Assembly (NCBI GenBank): GCA_026981825.1
Contig: JALSID010000163.1
Coordinates: forward strand, 6,936 to 70,935
Length of the DNA: 64,000 nt
Source of the DNA: Planctomycetota bacterium
GTDB lineage: Bacteria; Planctomycetota; Planctomycetia; JALXBF01
Direction of reading: 5' to 3'
Part shown: piece by piece, positions 1 to 9,157 of the stretch
How the letters are laid out: each line of letters opens with the position of its first letter
How positions within the stretch are numbered: position 1 is the stretch's first letter
Translations under genes and position numbers: made by a program
Notes under the pieces: model-generated
Databases searched by the model: none
Told to the model about the DNA's origin: nothing
The model's input: the letters and a program-made list of their open reading frames with translations, nothing else

Positions 1-830
1 GGGACCATCTCCCAGAGCTCGAGGTAATCCTCGGTCGGATCGGGGGCAAGACTGGTCACCTCGTCATCGATCTGGCGGATGAAGATGCCTGGGGTTCCTG
101 GAGGCGGTGCAGGACCATCCAAATCGGCGGGCATGATGTGGTTCCTCGGCCAGTTAGGACGATCCGTGGTCGTGGAGCGCACAAACCCAGCCGGTAGGCC
201 GTCCAGCATGGCATTCCGGTCCAGCGCGTAGACCGGGTTGTCGCTCTCGTTCGTACCCACGAAATAGGCGTCTGGCCAGACCGTGATCTTGGGATAATCC
301 GGGAAATTGGGCGTTTCGAAGTCATAGGCGTACCAGTCGTCGGGATCGGTAGAGGGGGTACCGTTCACGGAGACGTATACGCACAGGTGGTTCCCCTGGT
401 CATCGGAGTCCGCGAACTCGGCCAGCACCCAGCGGTCGGCCAGATGATCGTAGAGGACAATGGGATCGCCCCTGCCGTCACCGCACGCAGTGGTGTCGGC
501 CAATGTGTCCATGGTCATGGTGTCCAGCAGGTTACCTGCCTTGTCGAAGATGGCCACCCTCGCCCCGTCGCCGGCGTTTACCGCCTGCACGTAGTGGTTC
601 GGGCCCACGTCCCCGATCGTGTCGGGCGGGGCCACTCCGGTGAAAGCGATACCGTCAAAATTCAGGAGAGGGTTTGCAAACGACAGCAGCAGCCGCTGCT
701 CGAGCTGCTCCAGTCGCGGCCGCCAGCTCTGCTTGGGCCGCTGCCGGCCGCGGTGCTGTACCGTTGTGCCTCGGGCGACCGTGTGACGGGAGGAGGAACC
801 ACCACGCCCAAGGGATCGATTTCTATCCAT
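1..830 (-). CDS. secreted/cell-surface protein, N-terminal part only (gene runs off the window start); planctomycete-type pre-signal motif
   Basis: Minus-strand frame is open from ATG (rc of cat 828-830) to nt 1 with no stop. Translation MDRNRSLGRGGSSSRHTVARGTTVQHRGRQRPKQSWRPRLEQLEQRLLLSFANPLL... has an Arg-rich N-terminus followed by 'RLEQLEQRLLLS', resembling the LE(D/Q)R-LLS motif seen at N-termini of many planctomycetal secreted proteins. GC3-rich. Absent from ORF track only because no in-window stop. Confidence 0.6.
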   Translation of the reverse strand, partial: MDRNRSLGRGGSSSRHTVARGTTVQHRGRQRPKQSWRPRLEQLEQRLLLSFANPLLNFDGIAFTGVAPPDTIGDVGPNHYVQAVNAGDGARVAIFDKAGNLLDTMTMDTLADTTACGDGRGDPIVLYDHLADRWVLAEFADSDDQGNHLCVYVSVNGTPSTDPDDWYAYDFETPNFPDYPKITVWPDAYFVGTNESDNPVYALDRNAMLDGLPAGFVRSTTTDRPNWPRNHIMPADLDGPAPPPGTPGIFIRQIDDEVTSLAPDPTEDYLELWEMV

Positions 831-1649
831 CGCTGACCGTCCTTTCTGTCTGCTCTGGCTGGATTCTCGCTGCACGCCGCAGCGAAACACGGGGGCATCC
901 CGCGGCACAGGGAAGGCGGCTGCACGAGCTTTCCCGGCAACAGTGCAGGCGCGTCCACGCTGCTCACAAGCCCGGCCCATCGCAGATCGGCGCCGACGGA
1001 ACGATCCTCGGCAGGACAAAGACGAAGCTATCGTGGGCCAGGCGCACTGCTAGCCGCTTGCGCAGCACATCCAAGAACGCGGCTCGGACATGAGGGGGTT
1101 GGCAGGCGTAGCGCCGCAGGAAGAGCCATCGCGGCGATACCAGGAAACCGGCTCCCCATTCTGGGGAAACCACGCTGAACTGCTATCGCGCTGACCGTCC
1201 CCGGTCGATCACGGCTTGCGCACCCGGTTACGTCCCGAACCGTCTCCCGTTCCTAGACTCTGCTCGACCGTAAACGTGACGCGGCGATCCCCACGCCCCC
1301 TGGCAGCGGATGAGGAACGGCTACGCCACGATCCCCAGCCTAGCAGAATTTCCCCCGCTCGTCAACCGATTAGTCGAGGCTACCAATCAGCTTACAGGCG
1401 CTGCCCCCGTCGCACACGGAACGAACATGCACGTCCGGGTTGCCCAACCATCTCGTGCACGGGGAGCCGCGGCGCGCTGCTCGCGCAGACCGAACAGACG
1501 TGGTGCCGTCGCGACGGTGGGCGACAAAACCGGCTAACCTGTAAGCAGCCGCTATCGCTTGGGCCGTGCCCCGGTCGGAGGGTGGACGCACTCAGGGGTA
1601 GGAGGTGCGTGCGTCGTCGTGTCCCGCAGCGCAAGCAGCGAGGTCACCG

Positions 1650-3818
1650 ATGGGAACGTTGCTCTTTCAACTCGGCCGACTTGATGCCGCTATGCTCACG
1701 CGGCTTCGCTTCGTATACCTTCAGCAGGAAGCGGATGCGACGCTGAGCAGCCTGGCGCTTCAGCAGATTCTTTCCAGGACCGATGGCCCGGCCTGGTGCC
1801 ATTTGTTCTTCCCCGTTAGTCTGCCGTTCAACAGCTCGCTCGCAAAGCTCGTGCGTTCCCGCGTGACCGCTCGATCTGTGGGAGAGCGAGACGCAGCTAC
1901 TCGGGCAGAGCAGGAGTCCCACCTCGCTGCATGGGAGCCACACGCCGCGTTTCTCGACAAGATCGAGGAGGTCTGGGCCGATCCCGAGGCCTACCTGAAA
2001 GATCCGGCCCCCCTCTTTGAGGAACACCCGCATGTCAGAAGGATCCATGAGCTTAGTGCAGCCGCCTCATCGACCTCGTTCACCGTCTTACCATCGTTCG
2101 GCAGCTACAGCTACCGTGATGCAAGCGGTGCGGCGAAGAGCGCGGAGTTCCGAGCCCATCCGATGGATGTCCAGCTCGCCATGTTGGCAGCGATCCTCCA
2201 CGCGTACTTTCAGCTCAGGAAGGGCGGAGCGCAGGTGGACGTCGTCGCGATCGATACGTCGTGCGGGCTGAACGTGTATGTCGGTCTCTTGTGGGCCGCC
2301 TTCCGATTCGCAGCCGCTTGTATGCGGCTTTACCACGTGGGCGCCGACAGCCCCCGCTTTGCCGTATTCGCAACAGATCCCGTTGTGGCCGGGTCTGAGG
2401 GGCAAAGAACGCACGTGCACGAGCTGCCTCTGGAAGTGAAGGCGTTCTTCGATTACCCCCCTTCGGCGCGTCCACAAGTGGATGATTCAGGCCGCTTGAC
2501 GGTAGCCGCCGCTGCGCATGTGTTCGACAGCCAGGACCAAAGCGGCGCCCTCGAAAAGCAGCTCATCGATGGTGCCTACACCTGGGCCGCCGCAGCGTAC
2601 GGGTTGCCGCTCTACCTGGCATCCCGTTTTGACCCCGGCAAGCCGGCGCAGATAGACAACTGCCTGGAGGATGTGCTCTCGCACACCTTGGCTCGGATCT
2701 GCACCTCCAGTGGCCTGGTTGGCACGAAGGTTCGTTCCCTACAAGAGCACGCGGCTGCTATTCGCGATGTTGTGATCGCCCTATGCCTGCAACGAGGGCT
2801 CGTGGTCAGTTTGAACGAGGCCGTGGAAAACGTGTTGAATGGAGTGGACGTTACCGCAGAGTTTGTGAGCGCAAGGGGGCTTTACGACTTTTATCGGCGC
2901 ATGGCGGACATGTGCCAACTGCCCGTAGCGCGCACCTTCGTCCGCCGTGAACTAGAGAGGTTGGGCGGGACCAAGAAGAAGGGTTCATCGCCGACTGGGC
3001 GGCACCGAAACCGCAACTTTTTCGCCCACTGTGGCTTGCTTGACGAACTTTTCGAGAAGAGACGCGATCCTCAGGAACGACGATGGTTCCTCCGCTTGCC
3101 AAAAGACCGAGTTGGCCAGGTCCAATCCATAATCGCAGAGGTCCTCTTCACAGCAAAGCCAGAAAGAGAGAGCCCGAGAAAGGCCGGGCCAGGAGCGTCT
3201 TCGGGTACCGTCACCAAGGCGGCGAAGCGGACCAAGGCCCGCCCCTTCAAGAAAGTCAAGTGGCAAAACTTGCTGCAAAACCTCTGGGAGGAGATAGCGG
3301 AAGTAATCCAGACGGAGGGAGCGAGCATGGTGGAGTTGGGCTCCGTGCTGCAAAATGAGCGATTGCGAGCCCGAGCAAGCGAGCTGATTGAGTCGATGCG
3401 CACCCACGGCCTCTACGGCCCCTGCCTTTACTGGGCGGAGCGATTCGGCATTGCGCACGGGCTGAACGAGGAACAGGTGCAGGAAGCTCTGCGCGACATC
3501 CCCATCGGCTCGCCGCACTGGAAACCATCGCGCGATACCGTCAGGAAGATCGAGGATGCAAACTTCGCTCTCGCCTGCGGCGAAAGTGTCCCACACGACG
3601 CGCTAGCCGAACTCCAGGGGGTCGCTCATGCGCCGCGCCCGACGGGCGTTTGGATTCGTGTACCCGGACTGAGAGATTTCTTCGCACCCCAGCAGGAGCT
3701 TCCCGCATCTCCTGAGTCTCTAATTGGAAAGACCATGGCTTTCACCGTCCGCGCGCAACCGCACTCCCAGGCAAATCGGACGGTGTTGAATGCCGCCAGT
3801 GTCCGTGTGCTGGAATAG
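1650..3818 (+). CDS. hypothetical protein (722 aa), no recognisable domain
   Basis: Long GC3-rich ORF (track 1605..3818). ATG at 1650 preceded by GAGGT 7 nt upstream; the GTG at 1605 overlaps the AGGAGG box. No motif I can assign to a known family. Confidence 0.6.
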   Translation: MGTLLFQLGRLDAAMLTRLRFVYLQQEADATLSSLALQQILSRTDGPAWCHLFFPVSLPFNSSLAKLVRSRVTARSVGERDAATRAEQESHLAAWEPHAAFLDKIEEVWADPEAYLKDPAPLFEEHPHVRRIHELSAAASSTSFTVLPSFGSYSYRDASGAAKSAEFRAHPMDVQLAMLAAILHAYFQLRKGGAQVDVVAIDTSCGLNVYVGLLWAAFRFAAACMRLYHVGADSPRFAVFATDPVVAGSEGQRTHVHELPLEVKAFFDYPPSARPQVDDSGRLTVAAAAHVFDSQDQSGALEKQLIDGAYTWAAAAYGLPLYLASRFDPGKPAQIDNCLEDVLSHTLARICTSSGLVGTKVRSLQEHAAAIRDVVIALCLQRGLVVSLNEAVENVLNGVDVTAEFVSARGLYDFYRRMADMCQLPVARTFVRRELERLGGTKKKGSSPTGRHRNRNFFAHCGLLDELFEKRRDPQERRWFLRLPKDRVGQVQSIIAEVLFTAKPERESPRKAGPGASSGTVTKAAKRTKARPFKKVKWQNLLQNLWEEIAEVIQTEGASMVELGSVLQNERLRARASELIESMRTHGLYGPCLYWAERFGIAHGLNEEQVQEALRDIPIGSPHWKPSRDTVRKIEDANFALACGESVPHDALAELQGVAHAPRPTGVWIRVPGLRDFFAPQQELPASPESLIGKTMAFTVRAQPHSQANRTVLNAASVRVLE

Positions 3819-4210
3819 GCGCATGTGAACTTACGACGCGCGCGGGCCCGCTGCTACGTGGCTCCATGAGCGGAATTGTGGACCCGATCGGACCAGCGCG
3901 CTTGTGCTGCAGTGCACCCGCGCCCTCGGGGAGGCCTTTGTCGCGCACGGTGGCGGAAACCGAGCTTCGGCTAGACAACACGAACCTGGCCCGGGGTGGC
4001 AAAGCCGCGAAGCTGCACCCGAACTGAGCGGTTCTAGGCCTAGACGCAGGAGGGATCCAACAAAGGCGACCGCAGACCGATCGTCTACTCGTGCCTCGAT
4101 TGCGGACGCCGGCTAGTCATGCCCGAGTGGCCCGCTAGGGAAAGTGCAGCGGAAGAGCGGGGTGGAGCAGCCTCTCCGGACAATGCGGAACCAACGACAG
4201 TTCTAACCAG

Positions 4211-4510
4211 CTATTTGGAAACCGCCGACGAATCCGCCGTGGCTCCCTGTTGCTTTTCGATCTCCTCAAGCTCCTCGTCAGGAAGCTCGAACTTGGGAGC
4301 CTTCGGCTCTTCCCGAGTTGGGGTCTGCTCCACATACCGCGGCGTGGATTCGGCGTATGTCCCCTCGTTCCACTCATTCAATCCCTTCTTGAACTCGCTA
4401 ATCCCCTTCCCGATAGACCTGGCCACTTCCGGCAGCCGCTTCCCGAACAGAAGCACTGCCAGGAACATAATGATGAGCATCTCCCATGGACCAGGACTGA
4501 ACCCGAACAT
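4211..4510 (-). CDS. tatA: twin-arginine translocase subunit TatA/E
   Basis: MFGFSPGPWEMLIIMFLAVLLFGKRLPEVARSIGKGISEFKKG: TM helix, FG hinge and amphipathic helix diagnostic of TatA. GGAG SD 8 nt upstream of ATG. Confidence 0.85.
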   Translation of the reverse strand: MFGFSPGPWEMLIIMFLAVLLFGKRLPEVARSIGKGISEFKKGLNEWNEGTYAESTPRYVEQTPTREEPKAPKFELPDEELEEIEKQQGATADSSAVSK

Positions 4511-4548
4511 CGCTGTTCACTCCACAGGTGGATTGCGTGTGCGGAACT

Positions 4549-4779
4549 TTACCGGGTCGACGCGGAAGAGGTCGTTTTCTCTTCGATCTCCTTGCCCGCG
4601 TTTTCGATCTCCTCTTCGATTCCCTGCATTCCCTTCTTGAACTCGGTAACGCTTCGTCCCAGCGAACGCATCACGCCCGGCAAGCGGTTGCCGAAGAGAA
4701 GAAGGGCGATGAACGCAATGATCAGCAACTCGTAGTGGCCGGGCATCCCGAAGAACGCGAGCAGATTCGTAGCAAACAT
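4549..4779 (-). CDS. tatA: twin-arginine translocase subunit TatA/E (second tandem paralog)
   Basis: MFATNLLAFFGMPGHYELLIIAFIALLLFGNRLPGVMRSLGRSVTEFKKG; same TatA signature; 38 bp upstream of previous tatA. Confidence 0.8.
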   Translation of the reverse strand: MFATNLLAFFGMPGHYELLIIAFIALLLFGNRLPGVMRSLGRSVTEFKKGMQGIEEEIENAGKEIEEKTTSSASTR

Positions 4780-4819
4780 GGTGGATACTCCGCGGACTCG
4801 CCGTCAGGCCGTCGCTACC

Positions 4820-5047
4820 CTACGGCCGGCTATTTACCCTTATCCAATATACCAGAGCCAGCAGAACGACAATCGTAACTACCCCGATTCTCCGCCGATT
4901 GCGTTCGAACCAGGGCCTGTACTCCCGAAAGAACCACGTGTTCCGAAACAGGCGATACGCCAGAGGCCCGATGATGGGCAGCCGCTCACCGAACAACGCC
5001 AGGCCAAGCCCGATCACGATCAAGATTTCCCACTTGCCCGGCATCAT
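4820..5047 (-). CDS. TatA-like small membrane protein (atypical third tandem paralog)
   Basis: MMPGKWEILIVIGLGLALFGERLPIIGPL matches TatA TM + 'LFG-RLP' hinge. The amphipathic helix is replaced by a basic/aromatic segment and a second hydrophobic helix (IGVVTIVVLLALVYWI). Confidence 0.55.
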   Translation of the reverse strand: MMPGKWEILIVIGLGLALFGERLPIIGPLAYRLFRNTWFFREYRPWFERNRRRIGVVTIVVLLALVYWIRVNSRP

Positions 5048-5344
5048 GGCTGCGGCCGTCCTCGTGCATCAACGATCGCCAATCAATTCTATGGCTCGCG
5101 CGAAGGCGTCGTCCGGCGGCGTGGTCCAGCCGTGGACGCTGCCGCAACGAGCGTGCCGATTACGCGGCGAGGCGCGAACGTCGAACCCGCAGCAAGGGGC
5201 AACGCAACACGCATCTTGGGGGGAACTGGCGGATTGGGCCGCGGCCAACCGCCCACGGAAGCGGTTCGGCACCGGATGCACGGGATGAACGCGATCCACC
5301 CACGGGAGTGAGCCACCACCGGTTGCGACTGCAGTCGAGGGTGC

Positions 5345-7750
5345 TCAGCGGCGAGCCTCGGGCGCGTAGCGGTAGTAGACTTCGAGGCAGAGGGTGCTCA
5401 GGGCGGTCGTGTAGATTCGACCGCCGACCGTATCCCAAGCGACGTTGTACGCCGGGTCCCAGCTTCCGACGGCGTGCCCACTCCGCCGTTGTGTGCGCAG
5501 CAGGATGTCCTGCATCCGCTCGTTCCATCGCGCCCACACTTCCCCCCCGACCTGCGACAGCGACAGGGACGCATAGTACCAGTAGTAAACGTTCCGCACC
5601 CGATAGTCGGGCAAATTCTCCAGCAGGTACTGAACGGCCTCTTGGACGGCAGGATCCCTGACCGGTACGCCAAGGAACAGGCGGCACGCGAGAGCTTCAG
5701 CGGTCATGGGCGGGGTCGGGCCGTGCCGATCCATGGAGCGCTGCAGGTAAGAGGCAAGCCCGCCGGCTTTGCCCCAAGAAGCCAGTCGCAACCAGTTCTG
5801 CGCCCGCTCCCAGGTGGTGTCCGGAACCTGGATCCCCGCGATGCGTGCTCCACGCAATGCCAGGAGCTGCCAGCCGAAGACGCTGGTATCGCAAATCACC
5901 GCACGGGGCTGGTACCGCCAGCCGCCCGTCTGGGGGTTCTGAGCGTAGACGATGAACATGGCCGCTCGGTAAGCGGGCCCCCACAGTGCCTTGTCCCGGG
6001 TTAGGGCGTACGCTTCACACAGGGCCAATGTGGCGATAGCGTGGGCGTACATCCGCCCCGTTCCCCGCAGGTCCCCATCGGGTCGTTGCTGCTGGAGCAA
6101 CCAGCCGAGCCCTTTGCGGATGTTCGTCGCGTACGGCCCGCTCAGGTGCGTGTGGCCGGCACCGAGGAAGGCAAGTAGAGCCAGCCCGGTGATGGCCGTG
6201 TCTTCGTTGCGGAGCGTTCCCTCCCCCCCACAGGGGGCCACCTCCGGGCAAAGTCGGCCGAAGCCGTCGGCGTCCCACCGGCCGTCGGGACTCTGGTGCG
6301 CCGCCAACCAGGCCAGAGCCGCATCCACGGCTCGCTCGGTCTTCTCCGAGCCGCCACGTCGAAGGAGAATCTCGCTCCGCTCCGGACTTACCCGCAGGCG
6401 AAGCTCGGTAGGTACAGCAGCCAACTCGGCTCGATTGCGAACCGGCAGGGTTCCCGTATCGGCCCCGGTTGTGGTCCCGATGTGGGGCTGGGCGCCGATC
6501 AAGGCCCGGTCGGGCACGGCCAAGCCAGAGGTCGACGCGGTCGCTCGTCCGTGGTGGACTCTGGGCAGCGCGTCTGAGAAAGCTGTCTTCGGTGCGGCAA
6601 GGCCGGACGGAAGGGGCAGCCGACGCCGATCGGCTACACGGTGGGGAGGCTGTTCGGCGGGTTGCCGTGGCTGTACACCAGCCTCAGTCGGGGTATCCGC
6701 CTCCGCCGCCGGCGGAGGGATTCGACGTATTGCCCCCCGAGCAGTCTCTGCCACGTCGGAGTTTCCTTGCAACCGCGGCAGCGGCGCAGGGGCCAGGCTG
6801 GTTGCCGCCGACGCCATCGTCTGCTGGGCAATACCAGGCCGCCGCGTTTGGCGGGTCGGTTCACGCTCGATGGTCGCCGGTCGTTCGGGAAGTCTTGCTC
6901 GCACAAGCCCCCGGTCAAGCTGCGAGGCAGGCGGGGCAGATTCGGAGACGCGAGGCAGCTCTGGCTGCAGAGGGGTCTCCGAAGCAGCCGGCCCCCCTGC
7001 ATCCTGGGTGGCGTCTCGTCGCACAAGGGCCTCGCTCTCCTCGTGCGGCACCACGCGCAGCTCCGCCTCGGGAAGGGGCTCGCCCACGCCTTCGTCGAAC
7101 AACGCCGCCGAATCGCGCGTCAGACGCCTCCGCGGGGTTGGATCCTCCAGGGTCGGCGCGACGAGCTCACCGCTAAACTCCATCGAGCGTGGGACGACCC
7201 GCTCGGGCTCCAACACCGGTTCCTGCGGACTCAGTTCGCTCTCCGAGGCTCGCTGCAACGCCGGCTCTACGTCGCGTCGAGCGGTGGCCGGTTGTGGCTG
7301 CGGGGCCTCTGGACCGGGCACCGTGGGTAACGGTGCGTCGGGCGCCAGTTCCCGCTGGCCGCGCTCCAGAGCAGCGGGCATCGGGCCAGGAGAGGGTAGA
7401 TCCTGCACCGGATCATCCAGCTCAGGCGCTCCGAGCTCGCGTCCCGGCGAAAACCGGTCCCAGGGTTGATTCAGGGCGGCGAGTCCTCCAGCGCCTTCCG
7501 CCTCCCCTTCCGCCTCCGTTTCGATGCTCTCTAACCAGACCGTCTCCTCCGGTTCCTCGGCCGGTCGGATCCGCTCGGCCAGATCCAGCGTGCTGGCGAA
7601 CAGGAGGATGCAGGCGTGGAGCAAAAGGGAGAGCAAGAACGACTTGGCAAGCGGACGGTACTCCCCCCAGCGCGTCCAGAGCAACAGGCTCAGGCCGCTT
7701 ACTGTGGCGAGCAGCAGGATCCAGAGGATTGCGGCGCTCAGTCCGCCCAT
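5345..7750 (-). CDS. membrane-anchored Pro/Glu-rich protein with C-terminal prenyltransferase/squalene-oxidase (QW) repeat alpha/alpha-toroid domain; TonB/TolA-like topology
   Basis: N-terminal TM helix (LSAAILWILLLATVSGLSLLLW). About 450 aa low-complexity P/E/A-rich linker. C-terminal ~330 aa with repeated Q-x2-3-(D/T/S)G-x-W motifs (HQSPDGRWD, QQQRPDGDL, AQNPQTGGWRY, RTQRRSGHAVGSWD). Start ATG overlaps exbD stop (ATGA). Confidence 0.8.
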   Translation of the reverse strand: MGGLSAAILWILLLATVSGLSLLLWTRWGEYRPLAKSFLLSLLLHACILLFASTLDLAERIRPAEEPEETVWLESIETEAEGEAEGAGGLAALNQPWDRFSPGRELGAPELDDPVQDLPSPGPMPAALERGQRELAPDAPLPTVPGPEAPQPQPATARRDVEPALQRASESELSPQEPVLEPERVVPRSMEFSGELVAPTLEDPTPRRRLTRDSAALFDEGVGEPLPEAELRVVPHEESEALVRRDATQDAGGPAASETPLQPELPRVSESAPPASQLDRGLVRARLPERPATIEREPTRQTRRPGIAQQTMASAATSLAPAPLPRLQGNSDVAETARGAIRRIPPPAAEADTPTEAGVQPRQPAEQPPHRVADRRRLPLPSGLAAPKTAFSDALPRVHHGRATASTSGLAVPDRALIGAQPHIGTTTGADTGTLPVRNRAELAAVPTELRLRVSPERSEILLRRGGSEKTERAVDAALAWLAAHQSPDGRWDADGFGRLCPEVAPCGGEGTLRNEDTAITGLALLAFLGAGHTHLSGPYATNIRKGLGWLLQQQRPDGDLRGTGRMYAHAIATLALCEAYALTRDKALWGPAYRAAMFIVYAQNPQTGGWRYQPRAVICDTSVFGWQLLALRGARIAGIQVPDTTWERAQNWLRLASWGKAGGLASYLQRSMDRHGPTPPMTAEALACRLFLGVPVRDPAVQEAVQYLLENLPDYRVRNVYYWYYASLSLSQVGGEVWARWNERMQDILLRTQRRSGHAVGSWDPAYNVAWDTVGGRIYTTALSTLCLEVYYRYAPEARR

Positions 7751-8193
7751 CAGGGCTCCTCCTGCGACGCCGACTCGGACGTCCGCTTCCGCACACTCAC
7801 CGCCACATGGCGCACCCCCTGCTGGTTGCAGATACTGAGCACTTCTGCCACGTACTGGTAGGCAGCTCTCCCGTCCCCCCGGATAAGGACAGCTCGCTCC
7901 GGATCGTCCTCGAGCGCTTGTTTCAGTTGCTTGGCCAATTGGTCCAGTCCCACCTGGACCCCGTTGAGCCGCACAGCCCCATCCCGCGCCACCTCGATCA
8001 GAAGCTGGCGCGGGACGTGGACCATGGGCCGAGCCTCCGAGACGCGGGGGACTTCGAGGTCAAGCTTCTGTTCGTTCTCATACTCGTAGAATCGGGTGCC
8101 CACGAGAAAAAAGATGATGAGCAAGAACACCATGTCGATCAGCGGTGTCATGTTCAGAGCAGGGAGGTCTTCTTGCTGAGATCGCGGCAACAT
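7750..8193 (-). CDS. exbD: biopolymer transport protein ExbD/TolR
   Basis: NMTPLIDMVFLLIIFFLV... typical ExbD/TolR TM segment and periplasmic domain. 57 bp downstream of exbB. Confidence 0.85.
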   Translation of the reverse strand: MLPRSQQEDLPALNMTPLIDMVFLLIIFFLVGTRFYEYENEQKLDLEVPRVSEARPMVHVPRQLLIEVARDGAVRLNGVQVGLDQLAKQLKQALEDDPERAVLIRGDGRAAYQYVAEVLSICNQQGVRHVAVSVRKRTSESASQEEP

Positions 8194-8250
8194 CGTGCAC
8201 CTGCCCTATCTCGGTCGTTGCCTATCCGCTCCTGCAAACCCCCGCCGCCG

Positions 8251-9147
8251 TTAGGCCGACTGTCGCGTCACGGAGTGAACGGTCTTGGCTGTGCGTACCG
8301 TCGGTCGTCTGGGCTCGTGCACGGGGGCCGTGTGGCCGTTGTCCCGGTCGGGGCCGGTTCGGATCAGGCCGGCCGACGGCTCCGGCTCGGCAGCGACCAG
8401 GTCGATCACCTCCTGGGCAATCGATTCCATATCGGCCACCAAACGATCGACTCGCCCAAGGAAGTAGTAGTACGCGATCAGCGCCGGTATCGCCACGGTG
8501 AGCCCAAATGCCGTGGTATAAAGCGCCACATAGATACCTCCCGCCAGCGCCTCAGGCTTGCCCATAGCGTCACCGCTCGTTGCCACTTCACCGAAACAAC
8601 GGATCATGCCGATCACGGTGCCCAGCAATCCCAACAAGGGGGCAACGGTGGCGATCCCGTTAATCACACGTAGATTCCGACGAAGCTCGTAGACCTCGCG
8701 TTGCCCCCCCTCGGACACGGCCTGTTGCACCTCACCAATCGGCCGTCCCCACCGCCGGATTGCGTATTCGAGCACCCGCGCCAACGGACTGCCGTTGTTA
8801 CGGCACATGAGCAGAGCGGACTCACGGTCAAGGAGTCGATCGCGCAGATCGTTGAGCATACGTTGCGCGAAGGGCCCGGGGATCACGCGCGAGCGGCGCA
8901 GGGCCACGAGCCGCTCGACAATAACGGCCACCAGCACTACTGAGCACGCCAGGATGGGATACATGAGTATCCCGCCCTGCTGGAACAACTGGACGAGGAT
9001 GTTCGAGCCGATCCAGTCAGGCAACTGGGGCAACCGCACGGCTGAGTCCAAGCCGTCGGATTGGGCCACTGCCGGCCGAACCCCCCCGAGCCAGCTCACT
9101 GCCATTGCGATAATGCCCACAGACATTACTTGCCACAGACGTGACAT
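8251..9147 (-). CDS. exbB: MotA/TolQ/ExbB proton-channel family protein
   Basis: Three TM helices; ...LGLLGTVIGMI..F......G......L..GI..AL.TTAFGL.VAIPAL.AY.. matches the ExbB/TolQ core. Confidence 0.85.
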   Translation of the reverse strand: MSRLWQVMSVGIIAMAVSWLGGVRPAVAQSDGLDSAVRLPQLPDWIGSNILVQLFQQGGILMYPILACSVVLVAVIVERLVALRRSRVIPGPFAQRMLNDLRDRLLDRESALLMCRNNGSPLARVLEYAIRRWGRPIGEVQQAVSEGGQREVYELRRNLRVINGIATVAPLLGLLGTVIGMIRCFGEVATSGDAMGKPEALAGGIYVALYTTAFGLTVAIPALIAYYYFLGRVDRLVADMESIAQEVIDLVAAEPEPSAGLIRTGPDRDNGHTAPVHEPRRPTVRTAKTVHSVTRQSA

Positions 9148-9157
9148 CTCATCACCT

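Noticed and set aside
387-1093. Plus-strand ORFs 387..836 and 674..1093 and minus ORF 662..967
   Set aside because: They are antisense to or out of frame with the clearly coding minus-strand frame 1-830. Their translations are Arg/Pro/Gly-rich, the typical high-GC artefact.
831-1200. 12-nt direct repeat CGCTGACCGTCC at 831 and 1189
   Set aside because: About 100 exact 12-mer pairs are expected by chance in 64 kb. There is no further repeat structure.
1310-1537. 75-aa plus ORF in the upstream region of the 1650 gene
   Set aside because: GC3 is noticeably lower than in the confident genes and there is no SD. Possibly non-coding or leader RNA.
4033-4044. Perfect palindromes TCTAGGCCTAGA (4033), TTGCATGCAA (17362, upstream of dnaA), CAACCGGTTG (18925)
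   Set aside because: 10-12-bp perfect palindromes are expected about 15-60 times by chance in a 64-kb window, so they are not significant alone.
5991-7469. 492-aa plus-strand ORF (and several others) inside 5345-7750
   Set aside because: Antisense to the Pro-rich linker region. S/R/G-rich nonsense composition. Long antisense ORFs are expected in GC-rich low-complexity DNA.
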